A DNA stretch of 64,000 nt. It comes from a virus. Shown one piece after another: positions 32,418 through 41,771 of this stretch; the stretch's first letter is position 1; every line of letters begins with the position of its first letter. The stretch covers positions 9,267 through 73,266 of the IMG/VR virus record IMGVR_UViG_3300000101_000006; one strand, given 5' to 3'. The notes beneath the pieces are model-generated. The model ran no database searches, had not been told where the DNA came from, and saw nothing but the letters and a program-made list of their open reading frames with translations. Position numbers and translations under genes: made by a program.

Positions 32418-33349
32418 AAATTTTAATAATCGGAACACCTAGAGCTCCAACGTTGAACGTTGGATCAAATGGCCTTGGGAGACATGTTTATGACTTTTTG
32501 AAATTGTTTGTTAAGCAAGGTTGTGAAATAACAACAATCTTACACCCAGCGTCCAAGCTAGAGTGGGATAGTGTGAAACAATTACATTTCACAGATGAGG
32601 TATCATCCGTACATGACATTAGAAAGTTAATTTTGATGGAAAAATACGATGTAATACTTGACAATACCCACTTTAAGATGTTGAGTAGGAATTATCACAA
32701 AGACAATTTACCTATTGTAAATTTTATCCACGATGAAGAGTGCCCCTATGTTCCACCCAATTGCCTGTTGGGGAATTTACATCAAAAACAAAAATATACC
32801 AGCGGAAAAGTATTTAAGACTGGAGTTATTTTTGATAATTATAATCTATATGAAGAGAAAGAAAATTATTTTTGCTTTGCTGGTAAATTAGAACATAGAA
32901 AGGGCTTTGATATTGCCCTAGAAGTTGCAAATAGGACCGGTATAGAGATTAAGTTCGCAGGACCAGACATAGCTGGTGTCGCAGACTCTCTTCCGTCTTG
33001 GGTTGGAGAGATAAAAGATCGTGAAAAATTTTGCGATTTCGTAGGTAAATCTCAAGGCTTATTTTATCCAAGTAGGTCAGACGCTGGTGGTATGGGAATA
33101 TGGGAGGCAGCTGCCTTGGGTACTCCTACAATTACGACATTTTCATCTGGAGCAAGGTGCAATGTCATTCATGAAAAAACAGGATTTATCGCAAATAATA
33201 TTGAGGATTTATGCAATGCAGTTGATAAAGTAAGAAAGTTGAATCCAAAAAGTGTAAGACAAGAGTCTTCTAAAGTTTGGGATTTGTCCGAAAACTTTAA
33301 ACAAATTTATGAACTATTAAGTGAAGTCGGGATGGGAAGAAGATGGTAA
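32414..33349 (+). CDS. GT-B (GT4-like) glycosyltransferase
   Basis: FAGKLEHRKG; YPSRSDAGGMGIWEAAALGTP; HEKTGF. Confidence 0.85.
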   Translation: MKILIIGTPRAPTLNVGSNGLGRHVYDFLKLFVKQGCEITTILHPASKLEWDSVKQLHFTDEVSSVHDIRKLILMEKYDVILDNTHFKMLSRNYHKDNLPIVNFIHDEECPYVPPNCLLGNLHQKQKYTSGKVFKTGVIFDNYNLYEEKENYFCFAGKLEHRKGFDIALEVANRTGIEIKFAGPDIAGVADSLPSWVGEIKDREKFCDFVGKSQGLFYPSRSDAGGMGIWEAAALGTPTITTFSSGARCNVIHEKTGFIANNIEDLCNAVDKVRKLNPKSVRQESSKVWDLSENFKQIYELLSEVGMGRRW

Positions 33350-34026
33350 AAAAAAGACCAATTATAAACTGTAGAGGCACGTTCATAAGACAAGTGTCCA
33401 ATATGAGGAAATCAAATAGTTACCTGGAGATTGGACTAAGTGAAAATCCTAGAGCTCCATATCGGTTGGTGGATATGCAAGACAAAACATCTATAGATAT
33501 GAGGAAAGAAACAAATCCAGACTTTTGTATGGCCTCGGATGATTTTTTTAAAAAATTAAACGATGGCTTAACGAAATTTAATAAAGACAAGAAGTGGGAT
33601 TTGATTTTTATCGATGGCGATCATTTCGCGGAGCAAGTATATAAAGACCTATGCAACTCTTTTGAGCACCTAAGTGATGATGGGATTATATTCCTCCATG
33701 ATTCTCTTCCATGGAGATACGATATGACAATTGAGTGGCATGTTGGAACAAAAGAAGCTACTTGCCAAGATGCTTGGAAGGTTGTAGAATATTGCCTAAA
33801 GGAACGAGAGGATATGCACGTAGCGACCATTGAAGAGTTGGGTGGCGGCATAGGCGTTATTACCAAATCCAAAGGCTTAAGACGACCAATGCTAGAAAAA
33901 TCCTTCAATAGATTTTATCAGTATGGAGTGTATGAGAGGGATAGGTTCAAAATGATGAATTGTATCCAACCATCTAGTATTTTAGATTGGTTAGATAATC
34001 CAAGTTACTCTTTCGGCAAAACTTGA
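33343..34026 (+). CDS. Class I SAM-dependent methyltransferase (Methyltransf_24-like)
   Basis: YLEIG; DLIFIDGDH; D...L...G.I..HD. Confidence 0.85.
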   Translation: MVKKRPIINCRGTFIRQVSNMRKSNSYLEIGLSENPRAPYRLVDMQDKTSIDMRKETNPDFCMASDDFFKKLNDGLTKFNKDKKWDLIFIDGDHFAEQVYKDLCNSFEHLSDDGIIFLHDSLPWRYDMTIEWHVGTKEATCQDAWKVVEYCLKEREDMHVATIEELGGGIGVITKSKGLRRPMLEKSFNRFYQYGVYERDRFKMMNCIQPSSILDWLDNPSYSFGKT

Positions 34027-34027
34027 T

Positions 34028-34783
34028 ATGACAAATTTCAATTTTGATCAATTCTATAATTTGGGATATCAAGTTTTGCCTAATATCTTGAGCGACCAGC
34101 AGGTTCTACGCTTAAAACATCGATTAGATGAAATATACCAGATTCAACTTTCCGAATTTGGAGAAGAAGACATGGCACTGATAGGTGAATCGGATACTGT
34201 ACGGGCTCCATTCCTGTATGATGATTTATTCATTAATCTTTTTAGTGGTCCATTCGCCAAGACTGTAACTACGAAAATCTTAGGAGAGCATAGAATTTTA
34301 AGTTTGCAAAATGCAATACTGGTAAGACCAGGAAAGTCACATCATCAATCTTCTTATCATCGTGATATTGTACATCAAAATTTTACCTCCTCAACTCCAT
34401 TGGCAATTAATTTATACTATTGCTTGGACAACTACAACCTAGATACTGGTGGTACTCATTTTTTAGCTTCAAGCCATAGACTTGACCATTTTCCAAAAAA
34501 TCAACAGCCACATATTCCAAATATTTCAGCGGGATCAGTAGTACTGTTTGACTCAATGATCTATCACAAATCTGGAGCCAATATTTCAAACTCAGATAGA
34601 TACGGCATAAATAACATGTTTACATTACCTTTCATAAAGCAACAAATTGACTATCCATCAATATTAAAAACCCCGACCAACGATAAAGATTTAAATCAAC
34701 TTTTTGGCTTCCATAGTAGAGAATTTGATAATGTCATTGGCTTTAGGAAGTATAGACTTGAGAGGTTTGGTAATGACAAGTAA
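34028..34783 (+). CDS. 2OG-Fe(II) dioxygenase, PhyH family
   Basis: YHRD (HxD), LD......GGT......SH, GSVVLFD...YH.SG.N.S...R. Confidence 0.85.
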   Translation: MTNFNFDQFYNLGYQVLPNILSDQQVLRLKHRLDEIYQIQLSEFGEEDMALIGESDTVRAPFLYDDLFINLFSGPFAKTVTTKILGEHRILSLQNAILVRPGKSHHQSSYHRDIVHQNFTSSTPLAINLYYCLDNYNLDTGGTHFLASSHRLDHFPKNQQPHIPNISAGSVVLFDSMIYHKSGANISNSDRYGINNMFTLPFIKQQIDYPSILKTPTNDKDLNQLFGFHSREFDNVIGFRKYRLERFGNDK

Positions 34784-35477
34784 AGCAATAATTACACAAT
34801 CTAATTATGTACCATGGAAGGGGTATTTCACCAGTATGATTTCCGCAACTCACCTGGTGTTGTATGATGATATGCAATACACCAAAAGAGACTGGAGGAA
34901 TAGAAACAAAATCATAACCAGAAGCGGCCCAAAGTGGTTATCAATTCCAGTGGATACTAAAGGCAAGTATCATCAAAAAATTAACGAAACCAAAATAAAA
35001 GACCCCGATTGGAATCTAAAACATTGGAATAATATAAAGGAAAATTATAGAAAAGCTCCATTTTTTTCTGACTATGGAAAGGTGATTGAAGAAATTTACC
35101 TAAAAGAATTACAGGGCGTGGAATACTTATCATCTATAAATCGTAAGATTTTGGAAAGATTCATACAAATGTTGGGGTTGCAAATAGAAATTATTGACTC
35201 TAGAGATTTTGATCTAATTGGAAACAAAACAGAAAAATTAGTAAACATTTGCAAAGACTTAGATGCAACTGAATACTTTACTGGACCAGCTGCAAAATCC
35301 TATATGCAAGAGGACCTATTCACATCACAAGGTATCAAGGTGAATTATTACAACTTAGACGGCTTTCAGGAATATAATCAAATGTGGGATGGTTTTGATC
35401 ATTTTGTGAGCATTATAGATATGTTCATGAACTTAGGAGAGGACACGATAAAATATTTTAATCGGGAGATGGAATGA
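34773..35477 (+). CDS. wbqC: WbqC-family protein (putative aminoacyl/glycyl transferase)
   Basis: QSNYVPWKGYF, YDDMQY..RDWRNRN.I, W...H...I..NY.KAPFF, Y..GP....Y, SIID..MN.G. Confidence 0.85.
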   Translation: MTSKAIITQSNYVPWKGYFTSMISATHLVLYDDMQYTKRDWRNRNKIITRSGPKWLSIPVDTKGKYHQKINETKIKDPDWNLKHWNNIKENYRKAPFFSDYGKVIEEIYLKELQGVEYLSSINRKILERFIQMLGLQIEIIDSRDFDLIGNKTEKLVNICKDLDATEYFTGPAAKSYMQEDLFTSQGIKVNYYNLDGFQEYNQMWDGFDHFVSIIDMFMNLGEDTIKYFNREME

Positions 35478-36139
35478 AAAGTAAAAAATTAATTTTATTC
35501 GGTGAAGGATTGTATACAGAAGTTGCATACCAATACTTCACAGATGATAGTGAATATGATGTGGTTTGTTTTACAAAAGATGATGGATACATTTCTTCCG
35601 AAGACTACTTGGGCCTACCAATGATCAAGTTTTCAGAAATACAAGATAAATATCCCCCTTCTGATTACGACATGCATGTCGCCGTAAGCTATACTGACAT
35701 GAACAAGCTTAGGGAAAGAGTTTATCGTGAAGCGAAAGAGAAAGGTTACAAACTTCCTTCTTACATTAGTTCAAAATGCACTAACATGACAAAACATGAC
35801 ATTGGCGATAATTGCTTCATTTTTGAAGACAATACTATTCAACCGTTTGTTAAAATAGGCGCCAATGTAATTTTGTGGAGCGGTAATCACATTGGCCACC
35901 ATAGTACCATTAAATCCCATAACTTTATTAGTTCTCACGCTGTAATCTCAGGACAATGTACTGTGGAATCAAATTGTTTTATTGGAGTTAATAGCACCAT
36001 AGGTCACGGAGTAACAATCGCAAAATCCACCTTGCTTGGTGCAGGTGCAATCATTACTAAAAATACAGAGAAGGAATCTGTTTATGTACCTGCTAGGTCT
36101 ATAAAACTTGGGAAAAAAAGCACAGAGTTTAAATTATGA
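35474..36139 (+). CDS. Hexapeptide-repeat acetyltransferase (NeuD/PglD-like)
   Basis: Left-handed beta-helix repeats IGDNCFI, IGANVIL, IGHHS.I, IGHGVTI. Confidence 0.88.
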   Translation: MKSKKLILFGEGLYTEVAYQYFTDDSEYDVVCFTKDDGYISSEDYLGLPMIKFSEIQDKYPPSDYDMHVAVSYTDMNKLRERVYREAKEKGYKLPSYISSKCTNMTKHDIGDNCFIFEDNTIQPFVKIGANVILWSGNHIGHHSTIKSHNFISSHAVISGQCTVESNCFIGVNSTIGHGVTIAKSTLLGAGAIITKNTEKESVYVPARSIKLGKKSTEFKL

Positions 36140-37023
36140 ACCAGTTTGAGTGGAAAAAAAGAGGACTGATCTATTCACCAAGTAATAGTGACTCAAAACT
36201 GATGACACATGCATCTAACCCGTTGGCTACTCATTTAGATGGCGATATTTTTAGGGTTTTTTATAGTGGCCGAGATTGCAACAATAGATCCTCGGTTTCA
36301 TATGTGGATATTGACTTTAGAACATTTGATATTGTAGACGATTACAAGAAGCCAATTATCTGCTTCGGTCATAAACACAGTTTCTACTCTCATGGAATTA
36401 CGATTGGAAACCTTTGGGAATCCAATGGGGAAAAGTTTGTAGGATTTATGGGCTGGCAACACAGGACAGGTCAGCATTGGAGGGGAGATATAGGAAAGTT
36501 CAACCTTTCCACAAAGGAAGTTAGTTTAGTTTTGAGTAAAAACAATGTTGACAAAGTTAGCCTCTCCTACCCATTTGTCTTAAAGGACGAGGGCATCTAT
36601 AAGATGTGGTATGGTTCAACAATTTCATGGTCTTCTGAGAACAATGAGATGGTACATGTATTGAATTACGCAGAATCTTTAGATTCTATAAAGTGGGATA
36701 CCAAAGGCGAAGCAATCCCATGGCAAATCGGCGAAGCCCAAGCATTTTCTAGACCAAGCGTCCTCAAGGTGAATAACGAATATCATATGTGGTACTCCTA
36801 TAGAACCGGTGATGGTACACCTTATAGAATTGGGTATTCAAATAGTATAGATGGTCTTGAGTGGAAAAATTCAAAAAGCAACATTGATGTATCTGAACTT
36901 GGGTGGGACTCTGAGATGATATGTTACCCATTTGTATTTAAGCATGACAACACTCTTTTCATGTTGTACAATGGTAATGGTCACGGAAAAACAGGCTTCG
37001 GACTGGCTACTTGCAAAATTTAA
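36136..37023 (+). CDS. Five-bladed beta-propeller glycosidase-like protein
   Basis: Repeated blades YP.V......YKMWY, RP.V......YHMWY and YP.V......MLYNGN. Confidence 0.75.
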   Translation: MNQFEWKKRGLIYSPSNSDSKLMTHASNPLATHLDGDIFRVFYSGRDCNNRSSVSYVDIDFRTFDIVDDYKKPIICFGHKHSFYSHGITIGNLWESNGEKFVGFMGWQHRTGQHWRGDIGKFNLSTKEVSLVLSKNNVDKVSLSYPFVLKDEGIYKMWYGSTISWSSENNEMVHVLNYAESLDSIKWDTKGEAIPWQIGEAQAFSRPSVLKVNNEYHMWYSYRTGDGTPYRIGYSNSIDGLEWKNSKSNIDVSELGWDSEMICYPFVFKHDNTLFMLYNGNGHGKTGFGLATCKI

Positions 37024-37033
37024 AAAATAAAGC

Positions 37034-37062
37034 TTGATTAATTAAGAATAATATGCTATAAT
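37034..37062 (+). promoter_or_regulatory. sigma70 promoter
   Basis: TTGATT 37034-37039; 17 nt spacer; TATAAT 37057-37062. Confidence 0.7.
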
Positions 37063-37086
37063 GATTTGTAACAATAGGAGTTTAAA

Positions 37087-37701
37087 ATGAGACATAACCC
37101 ATATAGAATAGTCAAAATGTTTGAAGAGACAGTGGCCGACTACTGCGGCTCAAAATATGCAGTATCAACTGATAGTTGCACTGATGCATTGCTGCTTTGC
37201 TGTGAGTACTATCATGTTGACAACGTAACGATTCCATCCAAGACATACTTGTCTGTACCTCAGTCCATCCTCCACGCAGGAGGCACTCCAGTCTTTAGAG
37301 ATTATAGTTGGAAGGGCATATATCAATTAGAACCCTATCCTATCTGGGACGCCGCGAAAAGATTTACAAGTAACATGTACATTCCGGGATCTCTAATGTG
37401 TCTATCTTTTCACATCAAGAAGCACTTGAAAATAGGAAAGGGAGGCATGATACTAACTGATAGCGAAGAAGCAGCTAAATGGTTTAGAAAGGCTCGATAT
37501 GAAGGTCGCGGAGAAGTGATGTATCATGAAGACGATATTGAGATTAATGGCTGGAATGCTTATATGTCTCCCGAACAAGCCGCAAGGGGTCTAATGCTTA
37601 TGCAGAATTATCCGGACCACGTAGATGACCTACCAGAGCTACCATCCTATAGAGATCTAAGAGAGTTTCCACTGTTCAAAGACGTAGAGGTGGTAAGATG
37701 A
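37087..37701 (+). CDS. Short DegT/DnrJ/EryC1/StrS-family sugar aminotransferase
   Basis: DSCTDAL, WDAA, SFHIKK..IGKGGMILTD, GWNAYM..EQAARG; only 204 aa. Confidence 0.8.
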   Translation: MRHNPYRIVKMFEETVADYCGSKYAVSTDSCTDALLLCCEYYHVDNVTIPSKTYLSVPQSILHAGGTPVFRDYSWKGIYQLEPYPIWDAAKRFTSNMYIPGSLMCLSFHIKKHLKIGKGGMILTDSEEAAKWFRKARYEGRGEVMYHEDDIEINGWNAYMSPEQAARGLMLMQNYPDHVDDLPELPSYRDLREFPLFKDVEVVR

Positions 37702-38654
37702 AGTTGATAGTGATAACTGGATGTTTGGGCCTTATTGGTAACCATGTGACAAGACAATGTTTGAGCAAAGGATGGAGAGTGTTAGGGATAGATAAGATGA
37801 CCTATGCTGCTAATGATTGGGCACTACAGGAATTTTCAGCCAATGAGAATTTTACATTCATGAAAAAAGATATTTGTGATCTCAAAACCCTACCTGACTG
37901 TGACTATGTAATAAACATAGCAGCAGAGTCACATGTTGAAAATAGTATTAGAGACTCAGATGTATTCATGCAATCTAATGTGATTGGAGTAAAGAATCTC
38001 CTAAACATTATAAAAGATAAACATGGTAACGTATTTAAGAGACCAGTGTTTTTTCACTTTAGTACCGATGAAGTGTATGGAGATATCAAAGCAGGTTCTC
38101 ACATTGAAACAGATATCTTAAAACCTAGCAATCCTTATTCTGCCTCGAAAGCAGCTGCAGACATGTTAGTTCTTGCATGGTCTAGGACATATGATTTGGA
38201 TTATATAATTTTGAGACCTACAAACAATTACGGCATTGGACAATATTGTGAAAAATTGATACCGCTATCAGTGAAATTGTTGTCTTTAGGTAGAAAGATA
38301 AATCTCCACGACAAAGGTCAACCAGTTAGAAATTGGCTACATTCTTCTGATACTGCACAAGCAGTGATAAAAATCATAGAGTCAGGCAGAATTAACGAGA
38401 TCTTCAATGTTGCTGGTAACTTAGAACAGAAAAACTATGAAACTGCGACTAAAATAGTAACATCGTTTCATGCAGATATGTCATCTGACTCGGTTTCGTC
38501 TTTTTTTAATCTAGAGCATGTTCGAAAGGGTCAAGATGTTAGGTATGCCCTAGACGATTCAAAGTTAAAAAAACTAGGATGGTCTCCATCCAAAAACTTT
38601 GATGATGAAATTGTTTCTATAGTAAAATATTATAAAAATAATTTTAAATGGTAA
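37698..38654 (+). CDS. rmlB: dTDP-glucose 4,6-dehydratase
   Basis: TGCLGLIG, DKMTYAAN, AAESHV..SI, STDEVYG, PSNPYSASKA, R.TNNYG..Q..EKLIP, RNWLH, R.GQD.RYALD. Confidence 0.92.
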   Translation: MKLIVITGCLGLIGNHVTRQCLSKGWRVLGIDKMTYAANDWALQEFSANENFTFMKKDICDLKTLPDCDYVINIAAESHVENSIRDSDVFMQSNVIGVKNLLNIIKDKHGNVFKRPVFFHFSTDEVYGDIKAGSHIETDILKPSNPYSASKAAADMLVLAWSRTYDLDYIILRPTNNYGIGQYCEKLIPLSVKLLSLGRKINLHDKGQPVRNWLHSSDTAQAVIKIIESGRINEIFNVAGNLEQKNYETATKIVTSFHADMSSDSVSSFFNLEHVRKGQDVRYALDDSKLKKLGWSPSKNFDDEIVSIVKYYKNNFKW

Positions 38655-38659
38655 AACAC

Positions 38660-38688
38660 TTGACAAGAGCCATTATTTGTGATATAAT
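38660..38688 (+). promoter_or_regulatory. Consensus sigma70 promoter
   Basis: TTGACA 38660-38665; 17 nt spacer; TATAAT 38683-38688. Confidence 0.85.
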
Positions 38689-38714
38689 GGTATTATAAAT
38701 TATAGGAGATTATT

Positions 38715-38909
38715 ATGGATCATAAATTATCAAATCAAGCCGTCGGAGCAATCATGATGGCGTTACAAAAATCACTCATGGAACAAACGGATATTACACC
38801 GGTGTTACAAGACTTCCAAATTCAAGTTGATGACTCAGGACAATTAGTCGTGATGAATCCTCCCACTTTTGAAGTAAAGGATTCTGTTAAGGTAGACAAG
38901 GATGCCTAG
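38715..38909 (+). CDS. Small hypothetical protein
   Basis: 64 aa; AGGAG RBS. Confidence 0.7.
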   Translation: MDHKLSNQAVGAIMMALQKSLMEQTDITPVLQDFQIQVDDSGQLVVMNPPTFEVKDSVKVDKDA

Positions 38910-39159
38910 ATACACTTACAAGTGTCTAGACTGCGAAGAGGTGTTTGATGTTGTTCATGGTATGAATGACGAGCACTTTACATGTGGATTTTGCATATCA
39001 AGAAACATCCGTAAAGTGCCTCAAATGCCTCATGTCGCTCGCCAAACTACTCCAAAGGGTGGTAAGGTAGGCGATGAAGTAAAACGCGCTATAGAAGAGA
39101 ATAGGGCTATCCTAAAGGAAGAACAAAAGATAAGAGTGGAGTTGCCTGATGATGATTGA
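38902..39159 (+). CDS. FmdB-family zinc-ribbon protein
   Basis: MPRYTYKCLDC...F...H......CGFC. Confidence 0.8.
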   Translation: MPRYTYKCLDCEEVFDVVHGMNDEHFTCGFCISRNIRKVPQMPHVARQTTPKGGKVGDEVKRAIEENRAILKEEQKIRVELPDDD

Positions 39160-39535
39160 AGTTTGGCTTATTATAGCACTAGTAGTATCTGCAGCCTTGA
39201 ATTGTGTTCTCTGGTGGCTCTTAAGAGCACAATCATATGAACTAACAACAGTAGCAGACAATTCAGAAGATTTGATTGAGATGATAAATAGTTTTAAAAA
39301 TCACATTAAAGCTGTCTATAGTTTGGACTCCTTCTATGGAGATGAGACACTAAAAGGCTTAATGGATCATGCCGGATCATTATCTATCATCCTAGAAGAT
39401 CAATACGGCGACATAGCATCATTATCAGAACCAGTAGAATATGAAGAACAACAGGAAGATCAAAATGGCGAGAAAGAGAGCTCCGAAAAAGAAAAACATG
39501 TACTTTACGCAGGTACACGAAGACGCGATAGTTAA
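39149..39535 (+). CDS. Single-TM membrane protein with a coiled coil
   Basis: N-terminal VWLIIALVVSAALNCVLWWLL. Confidence 0.65.
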   Translation: MMIEVWLIIALVVSAALNCVLWWLLRAQSYELTTVADNSEDLIEMINSFKNHIKAVYSLDSFYGDETLKGLMDHAGSLSIILEDQYGDIASLSEPVEYEEQQEDQNGEKESSEKEKHVLYAGTRRRDS

Positions 39536-40157
39536 ATATTGCTCAACTGATGAGATGAGGAAAAAGGAAGAGTTATACAATTCTTTAATTCAGCCTGCAT
39601 TTTCTCAAATGGTTGATAAGATTGTATTTACTTATCGTTTCACAACGTTACCAGATATCGACGATTTACGTGAAGAGTGTAAAGGCTGGCTTGTAACCAT
39701 TCTTGCGAAGTTTGATCCCAACAAGGGACACAAGGCTTTTTCATACTTTTCTGTTGTCACAAAGAATTGGTTTATTCACAAAGTAAAGAAGAACAAGAAG
39801 CGACTTGAAAGAGAAGTATCGTTTGAGTCAGTCGATTATGATCTCGAGAGAGATCTCGCAGACAAGGGACAATCATATCAGGACCTTAAAATCCGCCGAG
39901 AAATGATGGCGAATCTGAAGGACGAAATGGCTTCTTGGAAAGTTGACTTCCAGAAAGAATCGGAAAAGAAGGTTTACGAAGCCGTATTGGTACTCTTTGA
40001 GTCAGCAGAGGAGATTGAGATATTCAATAAGAAAGCCATCTATCTTTATCTCCGAGAGCTCACGGGTATGAATACGAAACAAATCGTTGTCCAATTAAAT
40101 AAAATGCGATCTCGATATAGAGACTTTAGAAAGGACTGGGATAACGGCGAAATTTAA
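39465..40157 (+). CDS. Phage RNA polymerase sigma factor (gp55-like late sigma candidate)
   Basis: YFT...E.AI..Y; DDL.EEC......KFDP.KG.KAFSYF..V..N.FI (region 2-like); C-terminal helical HTH-like segment. Confidence 0.7.
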   Translation: MARKRAPKKKNMYFTQVHEDAIVKYCSTDEMRKKEELYNSLIQPAFSQMVDKIVFTYRFTTLPDIDDLREECKGWLVTILAKFDPNKGHKAFSYFSVVTKNWFIHKVKKNKKRLEREVSFESVDYDLERDLADKGQSYQDLKIRREMMANLKDEMASWKVDFQKESEKKVYEAVLVLFESAEEIEIFNKKAIYLYLRELTGMNTKQIVVQLNKMRSRYRDFRKDWDNGEI

Positions 40158-40176
40158 GCTGGAACTAATTATTACC

Positions 40177-40461
40177 ATGAGCAGCAAAAAATTTATCGAT
40201 GAAGCCATAGAAAACATTAGGGAGGACCGAGAAACTACTCGAGAACTCCTTGATGATGCTATGCGTTATTTGTCACAAGACCAATCTCGACATAGAGACA
40301 TAGGACAAACTCTTGCGAAATATGTAGAGACTCTACAACGATCCAACGAACAACTTGTAAAGCTTTGTGGATTATTATCAAAGAACGAAAAGACCGAGGA
40401 GTTGACCGATAAAGACTTTGCTCAAATATTTGATCAAATTCAAGAATCGGAGGATAAGTAG
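40177..40461 (+). CDS. Small helical late protein
   Basis: 94 aa; directly after ACTAATTA at 40164. Confidence 0.7.
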   Translation: MSSKKFIDEAIENIREDRETTRELLDDAMRYLSQDQSRHRDIGQTLAKYVETLQRSNEQLVKLCGLLSKNEKTEELTDKDFAQIFDQIQESEDK

Positions 40462-41771
40462 TGTCTTTAAAAAAGTATGTCCCAAGGTCCATTCAAAATA
40501 TCTTTAACCGCCTCGAAGCTTTCAATGAGAGCTTAACTGAAAAGCTGTTCTCTGAACAACTGCCCGAGACCTTCGAGGTGGTCGTGTACTGCTCGAAGAA
40601 TCCCGAGACCAGCACACCAACATCTGAGGATCCTGCAGATTTATCCCCAGATGTTGCGAATTACAACTTTTTCAAGGCACGATCACTAGCTGGACATCAT
40701 GATCTTTTGGTCGCACCAGAGAATGCAAGATTTGTTGATGAATATGAAAGGTTACGCAATTTGCACTTTCAAGCAATCCAAAAGAAATCCTCAGGAATGA
40801 CGCTCCCGGAAACTGGGGATGTATACTTGGCGACACAAGTAGGCGGCAATATGGTTTCTCTGATAAGTTTTGAGAGAAGCGGTGATCCCAATAAGTTTAA
40901 AATCCCAGAAGGTGATGGACCAGCACAGGCTGCTTACACAAATGGTACCTCGCCAACAACAACTGTAGGCGCTGCAACAACACCAGCTGGAACTACACAA
41001 GCATCATCGTATACGCCAATATCACCATCCGGTAATCTTCCGACAAGCGCCCTTCCGTTGCCCACACTCGATGCTACTCAGCGAAAACTTCTTGACTTTA
41101 TTTCATCCGGCGAAGGTAAATACGACGCGTCCAACAATGGAACCAAGAAAAATGGAACACAAGGGCCATGGTTCGTCAATTCGATTGGTACAACATCTTG
41201 GGTAGCCTACATGAATGTTACAGAAACAAAAATAAACCAAGATCAGAAGTTGCTATCCACATTAACAATCGGAGAGATAAAAGCCTTTCAAGGTTGGAAC
41301 ACCAACGAAGGAAACAGCCTCAAGAATCATACCTTTGCACCACGAGCCGATGCAACCCGAACTTTGTTCGCAGTGGGAAGGTATCAGATAATCCCATCAA
41401 CAATGATACATGTCTTGGGAGACACTGGATATGATGATAGTGTAGTTTTCGCCAAAGAAATACAAGACCAGATGGGGTTGACTCTGGTATATGGTACAAA
41501 AAAGAAAAACTTGAGAAAATACCTAAAAGGATCAAGTGCTGTAACTTTACGCGCTGCATGTTTGGCCATCGCACAAGAATGGGCGTCGTTCCCAGACCCG
41601 GATAAGTACTACGATGGCTACGTGGATGCTGCCGGTGACCAGCAGCCCCCTGGACAAAATGTATCTTTCCATGGTTCCGGTAACAAAGCCAAACACACAA
41701 TTCCTGAAGTCGAAAAACTCCTCAAAGAAATTAGAGACTACAACATCTCCCAAGGATATACGGAAACATAA
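40461..41771 (+). CDS. Baseplate hub-like protein with a lambda-lysozyme-like muramidase domain
   Basis: LLDFISSGEG, AVGRYQII..T, QD..G..L, IAQEWASFP; N-terminal P..GD.. segment and a Thr/Pro linker. Confidence 0.75.
   Translation: MSLKKYVPRSIQNIFNRLEAFNESLTEKLFSEQLPETFEVVVYCSKNPETSTPTSEDPADLSPDVANYNFFKARSLAGHHDLLVAPENARFVDEYERLRNLHFQAIQKKSSGMTLPETGDVYLATQVGGNMVSLISFERSGDPNKFKIPEGDGPAQAAYTNGTSPTTTVGAATTPAGTTQASSYTPISPSGNLPTSALPLPTLDATQRKLLDFISSGEGKYDASNNGTKKNGTQGPWFVNSIGTTSWVAYMNVTETKINQDQKLLSTLTIGEIKAFQGWNTNEGNSLKNHTFAPRADATRTLFAVGRYQIIPSTMIHVLGDTGYDDSVVFAKEIQDQMGLTLVYGTKKKNLRKYLKGSSAVTLRAACLAIAQEWASFPDPDKYYDGYVDAAGDQQPPGQNVSFHGSGNKAKHTIPEVEKLLKEIRDYNISQGYTET

Noticed and set aside
40177-40461. 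Small terminase subunit call for the 94-aa helical protein
   Set aside because: Only a vague helical resemblance, and no large terminase gene is adjacent. Left as hypothetical.
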